A DNA stretch of 64,000 nt from Octopus vulgaris (lineage: Eukaryota), in NCBI GenBank assembly GCA_951406725.2, contig OX597815.1:37448001-37512000 (forward strand), given 5' to 3'. The position numbers and the translations under genes were made by a program. Below are positions 14,449 through 25,791 of this stretch, one piece after another. Position 1 is the stretch's first letter. Every line of letters begins with the position of its first letter. The notes below the pieces were generated by a model. The model worked only from the letters and a program-made list of their open reading frames with translations. It was not told where the DNA came from and did not search any database.

Positions 14449-15008
14449 TTGGGTTGTCCAGAAAGTTCGTGCCGATTTATAGTAGCTTACCTTTCGACTT
14501 ATTTTAGAACATGGTTGTGTCCATAAAATAGGATTTGACTACACCTCCATTTAGAGCACAGTTTAAGCTATCTCTTCATGGAATAAGGTTTATGTTCCTA
14601 TAACCTGTGTTAATTCTGTAACCCTTTAAAATGGAGGATAAGAAAGTTCATTTTCGGCACTTTATGCTTTGGGAACCAGACAAAAATTGCTGCAGCTCGG
14701 TTGGGATGTGTTATTCACCCTCCATATTCACCAGATATTGCTCCTTTGGATTTTCACTTATTCGGGTCTCTGCAGAATAGTATTAATGGTAAAAATTTCA
14801 ATTCCTTGGATGATGTAAAAAGATACCTTGATGAATTCTTTGCCATGAAACCACCTCAATTCTGGGAAGAGGGTATTTTAAAGTTAAAGATGGAGATGCA
14901 TTGTGCAACAAAATGGTTCATATTTGGTTGATTAAAAATATAATGGCAAGTATTTATTGACCTTTTTCTTTCCTTTAAAAATCGGCACGAACTTTCCGGA
15001 CAACCCTA
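14449..15008 (+). mobile_element. Internally deleted mariner element
   Basis: ~30-bp TIRs (ttgggttgtccagaaagttcgtgccgattt / aaatcggcacgaactttccggacaacccta) with TA flanks. N-terminus MEDKKVHFRHFMLWE is joined directly to the C-terminal HPPYSPDIAPLDFHLF. Confidence 0.92.
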
Positions 15009-15109
15009 TATTTTGTTGATACGCGAGTTGAATGTTTTAATACAGAGTGTCTCCTGTAGCCACTGATAGGATATCATACGTTTATGTTCTTTGTCAGGTT
15101 GGTATGGCG

Positions 15110-15386
15110 AAAGTGACCGACAAGTTTGAAAGCACTATGTCTGGTCAGGTGATTGCACTGGATCATTACTTCCCACAGTATTTTGTATTTCTCATTTTCG
15201 GTGACATCTTCTGGGGATTCTCATAGCACGTCTTTGGTCTTTTTAGGCCGTGACTTCCACAAAGCTCCCAATGGATCATTCTTGCCACATTGTCATAACG
15301 TCGTTTATATTCGCGTTGTGCCAATTTCGGGCAAACGGTGTGCCATGCCGTTTCACTCCTCTCACCACACATTCTGCTTCTGGAAG
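15110..15386 (-). mobile_element. R4/Dong-like (RLE) non-LTR fragment, zinc knuckle region
   Basis: RMCGERSETAWH..CPKLAQREYKRRYDNVARMIHWELC...LWEVMIQCNH. Confidence 0.8.
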
Positions 15387-15889
15387 CCCAGTATACCCAT
15401 CATGACTACCCGTCTGATAAGGGTACACTAGGCACATGCATCACAACCATATGTGCGTAACATGGTGATCTATTATCAAGATAGACAGCGCATGATCTTG
15501 CAGGTGGGACCCAGTTAGAAATTTCTTCTGTTCGATTAACCTATCCCACTCAAAAGGTCCCTGAATAAGGGTTGTTTAAGGATGATGAACAAAACACCCA
15601 TGTTTCCAGAGGTGAATTATTCAAACCCCAAAGAATCCCTCTCAACACATGGCTATGATGCTCCCTCCGCTACATGTGCTCGTGATCAGAGATGCACATA
15701 TCGTCAGCCACTAAGGGACATGCTCAACTGGTTAAGGTCAAACAACTGACAAACAAATCTATGGTATTGAGCAGAATATTTGCTGTAGCCCATCTTTTAT
15801 ACCAAGAAAAAACAATGCACATGATAACACTTCCAATCAGTTAAGATCAGAAGCCTTGCGAGCCACTGCCTGGTACTCCATCAGGGATT
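15387..15889 (-). repeat. ~500 bp non-coding repeat module, copy 1 (opposite-strand copy at 54516-54950)
   Basis: Shares cccttagtggctgacgatatgtgcatctctgatcacgagca and flanking sequence with 54516-54950. Confidence 0.85.
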
Positions 15890-15928
15890 TTATTATTATT
15901 ATTATCATTATTATCATCATCATCATCA

Positions 15929-16008
<80 letters not shown>

Positions 16009-16370
16009 TTACTTCTCAGAGCTCTCAGTCTTATTTGCTCTGGTTGCGTTTGTGAAAGCAGACAGCACCTGTTGTCATTGGTTTCACTGGGTCTCTTCCC
16101 GCAAATTATAAAACTCGGTGCTTGGATTTTAAATTATCGTGGAAAACATTCATCATTCAAGCACCAATCTCAAAATCCTAACTGTCCCCAATACAGCAGT
16201 TTTAGGGTCATGCTCTGCCCTCATGTCAATTCCATTTCTCCGACATATTTCCCGATCTTGAATATTAGTGCTTAGAATGCCCCTACAATTACTGGGATAA
16301 CAGTTACTCTCCTCATTGCCCACATCCTAGCAATTTCGTCTTTTAATAATTTATATTTTTTCAAACCATA
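15890..16370 (-). mobile_element. R4/Dong-like non-LTR 3' end with (TAA)n tail
   Basis: EKYKLLKDEIARMWAMRRVTVIPVIVGA...KTAVLGTVRILRLVL, followed by a short UTR and (TAA)n at 15890-16008. Confidence 0.8.
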
Positions 16371-17914
16371 TCCAGCTGTTTGTCACGTACACGTATCATT
16401 ATTATTATTATTATTGTTGTTGTTATTGTTGATGTTGTGAGACTGATTTTCAGAAAAAAGAACTTATCAATATCATCAGAACCCTCCTCCACAACTGCAT
16501 TTCTTCCTCCTTTGCATATTTGCCATCGTCGTAGTTGGCGTCATCGGCTTACTCAACACCCAGCATCATCAAGTTCCTCCTCTTTACCATTACCATCATG
16601 CACACTCATGGATACACACACACCACCAACACCACCACCTCCATCATCATCATTATCATCGTCATCATCATCATCATTGTGAATCATGTCACCACCACCA
16701 CCACCACCTTCTCTTCATGATCATCAGCAATGTTTGCTAAAACTATCCACTTCGTCATCAAAGAACAACGATACCATCAAGAAATTATGCAGATCATGCT
16801 TCATGTAACTTTTATCAATTCCAGGAAACCAGAAGATATACTTGATATTGAATTCTTCCAGACATATCAATATCACAATATATCTGTTGCCTTTCTTTAC
16901 AAGTATTCATTCTCTAAGATCAATGCACATCCCATTAGTATATCTTGTTCTATGGCCGGAATAATAAAATAAAGTTAGAGGCAAATTACACAAGAAGCCC
17001 AAGTTATATTCGATAAAAGTAAATCTGTGTGACGCTGCTGAGTTGTAAATTTGTATATTTCCGTTTCTGTTTTGTAAATCTCTTAAATAACCAGCTTAAT
17101 GTAAATAGTAAATCGCATGCAAAACACAAAACAAGCAATTCAAAGACAGTTAATTATCTGGGCAATATATAATCTTTTCATTGTTTCATTGATTTCAGTA
17201 TCTGAACTGCGGCCGTGCTGGAGTAACACTTGTGAAATACGGTTTTAGACGTTCATATCAACACCAGTACTGAGGAATTACAACCGTGTTTCGTGGTCTG
17301 CTACCACAACAGGTCCTTTATAGGATCCAGTTAGCTCAAGACATCATCAGGAGGAACCACGTCCGGTTTCGGCCCCTACTCCTCTACCGTTTTGACGTGG
17401 CGGGGCCCCCCTTTTCGGAGGTGTCTTCAGCTCTGGTGTTGGGTGCATGTCTTCTTTCTTCTGTTCCCTGGCCTCTTCGATGTATCGTCAGTGAATTGCT
17501 TATCGATCTGTAAATTATCGAACGACTATGTTACATTTCTTGGTGTTAGTACCAATTTACACAGGTATGCACAAAAACATGCAGTTAGACACACAAACGC
17601 GTACATGTGCAGACACACACACGCTCACATACACATGATTTTGTTAATAGAGAACAAATTGCTTTTCGTTTAAGCATATACGAAAGTGTTCAAATTTGAT
17701 CTGTAGTATTTTCCTCATTTCCTTGTCAATCTTTTTCTAATGGTTTTATTAGTGCTCTTATATCTATTCATTTTACATTATTGAGACTTCCAAAGTTTCA
17801 TTTTCGAATTAAACTCAAAACATGTCTGGCCATGGGAAATATCTTACGTGAAAATTAGACACGCATACACCCGCACGCTTGCAAACACCCACCCACATAT
17901 AGGCTCAGGTATAG

Positions 17915-18144
17915 GGCGGCGAGCTGACAGAAACGTTAGCACGCCGGGCGAAATGCGTAGCCGTACTTCGTCTGTCGTTACGTTGTGAGCTCAAATTCTG
18001 CCGAGGTCGACTTTGCCTTTCATCCTTTCGGGGTCGATAAATTAAGTACCAGTTACGCACTGGGGTCGATGTAATCGACTTAATACCTATGCCTGTCCTT
18101 GTTTGTCCCCTCTATGTTTAGCCCCTTGTGGGTAGTAAAGAAAT
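17915..18144 (+). mobile_element. SINE family A (tRNA-derived), nested in an old SINE family B head (17901-18290)
   Basis: A-box-like tgacagaaacgttag, B-box-like gctcaaattc and body gcctttcatcctttcggggtcgataaattaagtaccag. Candidate TSD AGGTATAG at 17907-17914 and 18145-18152. Confidence 0.9.
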
Positions 18145-18364
18145 AGGTATAGCTGTTTGGTTAAGAATCTCCCTTTGGAATCGCGTCGTTTCGAGGTCGG
18201 TCGAAATTGCGAGGCATCTTTGGCAAGTGTCTTCTACTATAGCCACGGACCGAACAATGGCGTGTGCGTAAATTTGTTAGATGGAAACTGTGCACACACG
18301 CACGCACACACGCACACACGCACACACGCACTCACACATGCACACACACAACGCACAAAATATT

Positions 18365-18805
18365 CTGTCTACTATAGGCACAAGGCCTGCAATTTTGAAA
18401 AAGGGGGACAGTCGATTATATCGACCACAGTACTTAACTGGTACTTATTTTATCGACCCCGAAAGGAGGAAAGGCAAGGCCGACCACGGCAGAATTTGAA
18501 CTCACCGCCTTTCCCCCCCCCCACACGACACACATACACATACACACAAATGCGTGGAGATTCGCTTAGTCTATTAATATTGGTTTCAAATTTCAGCACG
18601 TGGCAAGCAATTTCAAAGGTTATGGTAACACGATTACATCGACCCCAGCCCTCAGATTCTCAACAGGTACTTATTTTATCGACCCCAAAAAGATGAAAAG
18701 CAAAGCCAACCCCGGTAGCATTTGAACTCAGAACGTGAACACGGACGAAATGCTGCTAAGCATTCCTTTGCCAGGTATGCTAACGATTCCGTTAGCTCCC
18801 CGCTT
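18365..18805 (-). mobile_element. Two adjacent SINE family A variants (18365-18505 and 18578-18805)
   Basis: The ggtacttattttatcgacccc...aaggc...atttgaactca motif occurs twice. Confidence 0.8.
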
Positions 18806-18899
18806 TAAATGTAGTTGCTTAATATTATTGACTGCAGTGCAAAGTCAACGCTACAACAATGAGTCACTCAGAGTTACTTCTCCTAGCGTTACAATGCTA

Positions 18900-20707
18900 A
18901 AAGTACGCCTTGAAACGGTATGGAGGTCGTTTCTGTTCCTCCCCGACGAGATCCAGCTGACCATTCCACTGCTGCCTTCTGGATGATCTGCATTGCCAAC
19001 ACAAACAGTATAGGGAAGATTGCACATCACATAATTAAGCCCACTTACAAACTGATCCAGACATACTCTTTGGTGTACTATTTATTGTAAAATCGAATTG
19101 AGAAAGCACGGATGTTCTTTGGAAGATGATTCATTTCAGGAGTTAGTTAAATCATCTTGTTGGGTGAAGGGTCGAAGTGTAGGCTTTCTCGACATCGAGC
19201 CGTATCACATTAAGGTCTCTCATTTCTGCGCTTGCTCTTTGCATTGCCTTCAAAATCATTAAGGCCTGTTCTACAACCTGACACTCCAAAAATGCCTTCC
19301 TTCTGGACTGACATATCCAAGTACATATTCTCTGTGAGATATTTATTTGGCCTTGTTGCCATTTCGCTTAGAAATGATATTGGTCTGAATTGGCTTATGT
19401 CGCTTGAGTACTTCCTCTTTCGGACTGTATACTACTTCGGCCTTCATCCATTGGTCACTGATCATCAAGTTCTCTCATGCGGGCTATATTATATTGTGGA
19501 GCCACTCAAGGACACTGGGACATCTCTTGTACAACGGGTAGGATATTCCCTTTGGCTCTGGCGATGGTTTAGTTCTGGCTTTCTTCCTTACTTCACCAAT
19601 TTTTGGTAGTTTGTCATCGCACAATTCTCCTGGCAAAGCAAACCATACAAGATCCTGGATTGGAAGTGACGTCTCGTTCTGTAAGTCTGAATGTTTTCTT
19701 ATGATACTACCTAATAACTTCTTTGTCTACCGGGGTGTCCAAGATTTTGGCTGCTCGAATAGTTCCTGACGAATTATAAGGAATCGCTGAAGAGGGAATC
19801 TCGTATCTTTTCCTTTCTGCTTCTTTTCTTCTTTTCTGCTTCTGCTTTACTGACAGTACTGTGCCTAGTTTTGCACTTTCTCCGGAGTTTTACTACTCCT
19901 TGTTTCTTAAATTACGAAAAACTTTGAAATGTTTCTTTGGATCTTATTTCTTCCTCCGGATGTTATCCATATCTCACTGGCGTCTGGATTTTACAAGATG
20001 TGTTTTCATTTTTAACTTTCTTACGTCATAGGCATCTATGTAGATTGTATACACAATGTCTACCTTGTGTTCTAGAGTACCCTTCTCCGTGAGCATATTC
20101 AGTTTCTGGACTATTTTCTAGTACTGTGACTCGCATTCTTCTTTTGCACTTGCAGGCGGCAAATTGAGCTTACAGCGTCTGGTCTCAAGAGCCTGTACAA
20201 ATTCTTTTTTTAAATCAACAGTATGGATGTCCTGGCCTTGTGGTGCTAGTTCTGGCTTTGTTTTTCCGACATTTTATTTGCTGGAAAATGCGCTGTTGCG
20301 CCACGCACAGTGGAGAATATCTTTTCACAGTTACATGGGAATTCTATTAGTCCTGTGCTCGTAGCCCAATGTGGATTCTTGGCCGTAAGGATTATTTTAG
20401 TACCAGGGATAATGTAGTCCTTGATAGCCCTAAAATGTTGGTTGGTCACGGCTGGAACGCCTTTTGTCCAAGGTGCACTCATATAAGTCTGGCCTTGGTC
20501 TAAATAACAGCGGCAACAACAGCAAATTAATCACAGTACTAAACACAAACAGGCAATTAGGTTTGTGTTTATTATAGTGCCTTACACTGTCTGTGTACAA
20601 CTGTACCCAACCAAAGTAAAGCAGGCATTTACTAAATTTACTCAGTTTATCGAGGAAGACTTACTTTGAGCTTATTTTTCTTTAAGATCCTTTGAAATTA
20701 CAATCTG
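18900..20707 (-). mobile_element. Degraded HERO-like (RLE clade) non-LTR retrotransposon, 5' UTR to RT
   Basis: Minus-strand peptides CNCEKIFSTVRGATAH (Zn finger), EVRKKARTKPSPEPKGISYPLYKRCPSVLEWLH, SDISQFRPISFL, YLTENMYLDMSVQKEGIFGVSGC and CAIFPILFVLAMQII. Confidence 0.8.
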
Positions 20708-20794
20708 CTCAATTCTCAGAACGAAACAAACTATCAGATTCGATTGTCCCGTGGTCTATTAACAATAATAAGATAAAGTAGAAGCAGCAGCAGC

Positions 20795-20796
<2 letters not shown>

Positions 20797-20862
<66 letters not shown>
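20797..20862. repeat. (AGT)n microsatellite
   Basis: Direct inspection. Confidence 0.95.
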
Positions 20863-22289
20863 CAACAGTAGCAGCAATAATAGCAGCAGCAGCTTATAGT
20901 ACCCGAGCGAGATTTAATCTGGCAGACCTATGATCAAATGTGATTGCAATGTCTGTTTTCATAGGCATAACGGTGTATCTTCTTGAAGCTGGGTGTGATT
21001 TGATGTATATTTGAGGCTTATTTCTCGCACGTCGAATAATTTCGTAGCGGTTCTTTCGTTAGACAGTTGTAGTTGTTTATCTTCAGGTGGAGGCTGGCAG
21101 AGCAAAATTATGACTGAAAATGTTGTCGCCATGAATATCCCATCTAATCTACCCAATGCAGTATTACGTATTTTTTTTAAAAGAGAATAACGTTTGATTT
21201 ATGAGAAATTTGGCTGATTTTTCCTTCAGTTTGAATAGAGGCTCGCTTGTTAACTCACCAAGAGCACTGTAATATTGATAAGATGACAGTAACGTAGTTC
21301 ACAGGGAACAGCCAGAAATAAGCTATTTATGAGTTGAAGTGAAATCTACCAATCGACTGTCATTTAGAATATTCATCAGCCAAAAAAAATGGACCCCATT
21401 TTAACATATAAATATTCAATAGGACTATTATCGTGGATATCCTTTATCTTAAATACACCCATAGTTCTCCTTCATACTACCATTCTACTACTTACTGTGG
21501 AAATATTTCCTCGGAGTCGATTTAAGATATAAGCTATTTAAGTAAAAGGACGAAAATACTATGAACCAGCTGGAAATATTAATACAAACCACTATCGATA
21601 TGCGTTTTGAAAACCACTTAATTCACATTTTGGAAAGGCAAGAGTGTCACAGCTTAACATTAGCATACACGATTCAAAAATTAATTCTAACACGTTATTT
21701 TTATCTTGATAAATAAAAGTATAAAGCCAAGATGCGTACCAGTATAACAGAAAAAAAAAGAAAAGAAAAAAGAACAGGAAGCATTACAATTTAATTGTTT
21801 TACAACTATTAATAGAACTTTTTCCGTGTTACAAAGGAAAGATTCTTACAAAGAAATTTTAAAATTTAATTATAGTTTAAATGGCGTTTCTTTTATTTGC
21901 TACTTAAAATGGTGATTATTTTTTCCAGTGAGAATAACTATAATCTAATTGTTTCTTTATAGGAATTGAGATGAATCATTTAAGAGATGCCGGGCTTTAT
22001 ACTCTAACTGTTGTTGTTCGTAATCTAAATTTATTGAGTTCAAATCAAACTGAAGTCATCTCGTTATCATCAAATAAAGAAGCCTGCTGTGTAATATGCT
22101 ATTAGTATCACACAGGTTAGTATCTCTAAAACAGACTTAACGCTTTGCAATTCCACTCGACTAAAGCTGAAACGGCTTACTATTTTGAAAGTTGAGAACA
22201 TATTATTAGTAAAGGCTTGATAAATTTGTAGCGCCGTGTTTGAATCATGTTTGAGAAGGACGGTGTTCGACAAATTTCTTTCGTTGCAA

Positions 22290-22503
22290 GTTTGTCCACA
22301 TTACTCCGGAAGGAACACAGGGCTTGTATATTCCTCTATGGACAGGAAGCCGGTTCGTCGCAAGATTACTCATTTTTATCAGCTGAGTGAACTGGAGTAA
22401 CGGAAAATGAAGTGTTTTGCTCAAGAACACAACGCTTCGGCTGGTCTAGAAATCGAAATCACAATCTTACGACCATGAATCCAACGCTTAAGCCATGCGC
22501 GCC
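22290..22503 (-). mobile_element. tRNA-derived SINE (third family)
   Basis: Minus-strand ggcgcgcatggcttaag head, then tgtgttcttgagcaaaacacttc...ctccagttcactcagctgataaaaatgagt, which resembles a conserved SINE central domain. Confidence 0.65.
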
Positions 22504-23137
22504 CACTTTCCTTTTACTGAGCAATTCAAAATTTACAAAAGGCCTTATATTTTTATCTACGTTTAGAATATACTTAACTCATTCCGAAGACGATAAATTT
22601 GTATTTATATGTGGCGTGTTTTGGTTCAGTTGAAAAATATCAACCGCGGCTTTATGTGAACTTATAATCGATTTGTGACTTTGTAAATATTTTAGTTATC
22701 AATATATATCTGTTTTGATCTACATATAACTAATTTATTTTCCAAACAAAAGCGTAATTACCTCCTCTGTTTATAATTTCAATCACAGATTACCTCCACT
22801 AAAATGTATTTACTTTCCGATTCATTTACAAAATATCGGTTCTCCTACGAAGATGCAATGCAAGCTTATTATAATACTCAGTCATGATTAGCATAAGCGA
22901 AACGGATCGACTATGCAAATATTTCATTTCCAACATAAAATTCCTGTGGATTTTTCTTCTTTTTATACTTTTATTGCAAATCACCGAGTGGAGTTTTATC
23001 TCGAACCTTAGAAATATATATATATAAATAAATAAATATATATATATATATATATAAAAGTTGAGTTGTGGGGTATCGCACGAGTGGGATTATATAAGAA
23101 AAAAGGTTTGAAAATGCAATTTAAACGATGTTTATTT

Positions 23138-23178
23138 ACTTAACCGGTTTCACTCTTTGGTAAAAGATTGTCAAAAGT
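23138..23178 (-). ncRNA. Minimal hammerhead-like motif (U3-A8), left arm
   Basis: Reverse complement of the 25640-25680 motif. Confidence 0.65.
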
Positions 23179-23954
23179 TACATTTAAGGAAACATTGAAT
23201 AATATGGGTTCAAAAAAAGGTTTTTACATAATTGTCACATTGAATATTATGCATTCAAAAAAGTTTTTTACATAATTGTCACATTGAATATTATGCATTC
23301 AAAAAAGTTTTTTACATAATTGTCACATTGGATATTATGAATTCAAAAATGTTTTTTTATACATAATTGTCACATTATTTGGGAAAATTTGGCAGAAAAG
23401 GATAAAACAAATATATTATTGGGAATTGGTTGCGTTAATTATTGGTTGTCGCAAATTGTCACATTACATGTATATATATACAATCTTTGGTATATATATA
23501 CAGCGTTTTGACAGCAAAAATTAAAATGGAATTTTTGTACATCTCAGAATATTTTAAGTATGTTTTTACTGACCTGTCAGTATTAGCAGAAAGGCTGAAC
23601 TGAGAGAACAGAAGAAGTAGCCAATGTGGTGTATACTTCCCCTTTATGCATGAATGATTTTGGGGTTATCAGGAGGTTAGTATGCGGGTGTGAATAGATG
23701 TGTCCGTGCCTGCTGGTCAGACAGCGTCTGTTTGTCACACACATATATATACACACAAACACACACACACACAACAACACACACACACACACACATAGTA
23801 TACAAACACACACCACATACAAACAACACACACACACACAGAACACACACATCCACACACAACGCACCCACATATATCACATATACACACAGCACACAAA
23901 TATAACATGTATCTATATATAACATACACAGATATATAACACACATACACACAC

Positions 23955-24001
<47 letters not shown>

Positions 24002-25639
24002 CACACGCACACATACATACATAATATAAATATCACACAAATACACCTAGCATATATATACACACATACAATACACACATACAGCATGTAAGTAATATAC
24101 ATACACAATATATGCATGCAATATACATACGCAATACATACATATAATATATATATATATAGACAATGCATATACATATATACACATATACATATAAATA
24201 GTGTTTACATACACATACATAGATGTACCACATATACACACAACACACATACATACAATGCATACACATACACGTACGCATACATATAATATATATATAC
24301 ACACACACACACATAACATACATACACACACAATGCATACATATATATACACGCAATGCATATACATGTATTCATGCACATATAGCACACCTACAATATA
24401 CATATATACAGTGCACACATACACACAAATATATACACTTAATTGTACACGTACATATACAATACACATACATACAATATACATATTGAATGTATATATA
24501 TATTATATGTATGCGTACGTGTATGTGTATGCATTGTATGTATGTGTGTTGTGTGTATATGTGGTACATCTATGTATGTGTATGTAAACACTATTTATAT
24601 GTATATGTGTATATATGTATATGCATTGTCTATATATATATATATTATATGTATGTATTGCGTATGTATATTGCATGCATATATTGTGTATGTATATTAC
24701 TTACATGCTGTATGTGTGTATTGTATGTGTGTATATATATGCTAGGTGTATTTGTGTGATATTTATATTATGTATGTATGTGTGCGTGTGTTGTGTGTGT
24801 GTGTGTGTGTGTGTGTTGTGTGTGTATGTGTGTTATATATCTGTGTATGTTATATATAGATACATGTTATATTTGTGTGCTGTGTGTATATGTGATATAT
24901 GTGGGTGCGTTGTGTGTGGGTGTGTGTGTTCTGTGTGTGTGTGTGTTGTTTGTATGTGGTGTGTGTTTGTATACTATGTGTGTGTGTGTGTGTGTTGTTG
25001 TTGTGTGTGTGTGTTTGTGTGTATATATATGTGTGTGACAAACAGACGCTGTCTGACCAGCAGGCACGGACACATCTATTCACACCCGCATACTAACCTC
25101 CTGATAACCCCAAAATCATTCATGCATAAAGGGGAAGTATACACCACATTGGCTACTTCTTCTGTTCTCTCAGTTCAGCCTTTCTGCTAATACTGACAGG
25201 TCAGTAAAAACATACTTAAAATATTCTGAGATGTACAAAAAATCCATTTTAATTTTTGCTGTCAAAACGCTGTATATATATACCAAAGATTGTATATATA
25301 TATACATGTAATGTGACAATTTGCGACAACCAATAATTAACGCAACCAATTCCCAATAATATATTTGTTTTATCCTTTTCTGCCAAATTTTCCCAAATAA
25401 TGTGACAATTATGTATAAAAAAACATTTTTGAATTCATAATATCCAATGTGACAATTATGTAAAAACTTTTTTGAATGCATAATATTCAATGTGACAATT
25501 ATGTAAAAAACTTTTTTTGAACCCATAATATCCAATGTGACAATTATGTAACAAACTTTTTTGAATGCATAATATTCAATGTGACAATTATGTAAAAAAC
25601 TTTTTTGAACCCATATTATTCAATGTTTCCTTAAATGTA

Positions 25640-25680
25640 ACTTTTGACAATCTTTTACCAAAGAGTGAAACCGGTTAAGT
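25640..25680 (+). ncRNA. Minimal hammerhead-like motif (U3-A8), right arm
   Basis: ACTT-TTGACAA-T-CTTTT acca AAGAG-T-GAAA-CCGG-TT-AAGT, then AATAAA. Helix III is palindromic. Confidence 0.65.
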
Positions 25681-25791
25681 AAATAAACATCGTTTAAATT
25701 GCATTTTCAAACCTTTTTTCTTATATATATATTTATATATATATATATATATATATATAAATATGGATATTATATATATATATATAAATAT

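Larger units (their letters stand above)
23091..25725. repeat. Giant inverted repeat (arms ~23091-24301 and ~24491-25725, ~190 bp spacer): fold-back Penelope-type terminal region in (TA)n
   Basis: The arms are near-perfect reverse complements, including unique sequence, CA/TA-rich low-complexity tracts and a ~44-bp minisatellite. Each outer end carries a hammerhead-like motif and abuts (TA)n. Confidence 0.95.

Noticed and set aside
17915-18010. tRNA gene
   Set aside because: The A/B-box-like motifs belong to SINE heads and there is no complete cloverleaf.
23195-23378. ~44 bp repeats as a CRISPR-like array
   Set aside because: They are head-to-tail minisatellite units without unique spacers, in a eukaryotic context with no cas genes.
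23583-25190. Many overlapping ORFs rich in C/V/Y/I/H/T
   Set aside because: These are translations of CA/TA low-complexity tracts within the palindrome.
25699-25791. N-terminal extension of the 643-aa ORF
   Set aside because: It starts at a TTG in the palindrome arm and reads through (TA)n. Penelope homology begins only at about 25792.
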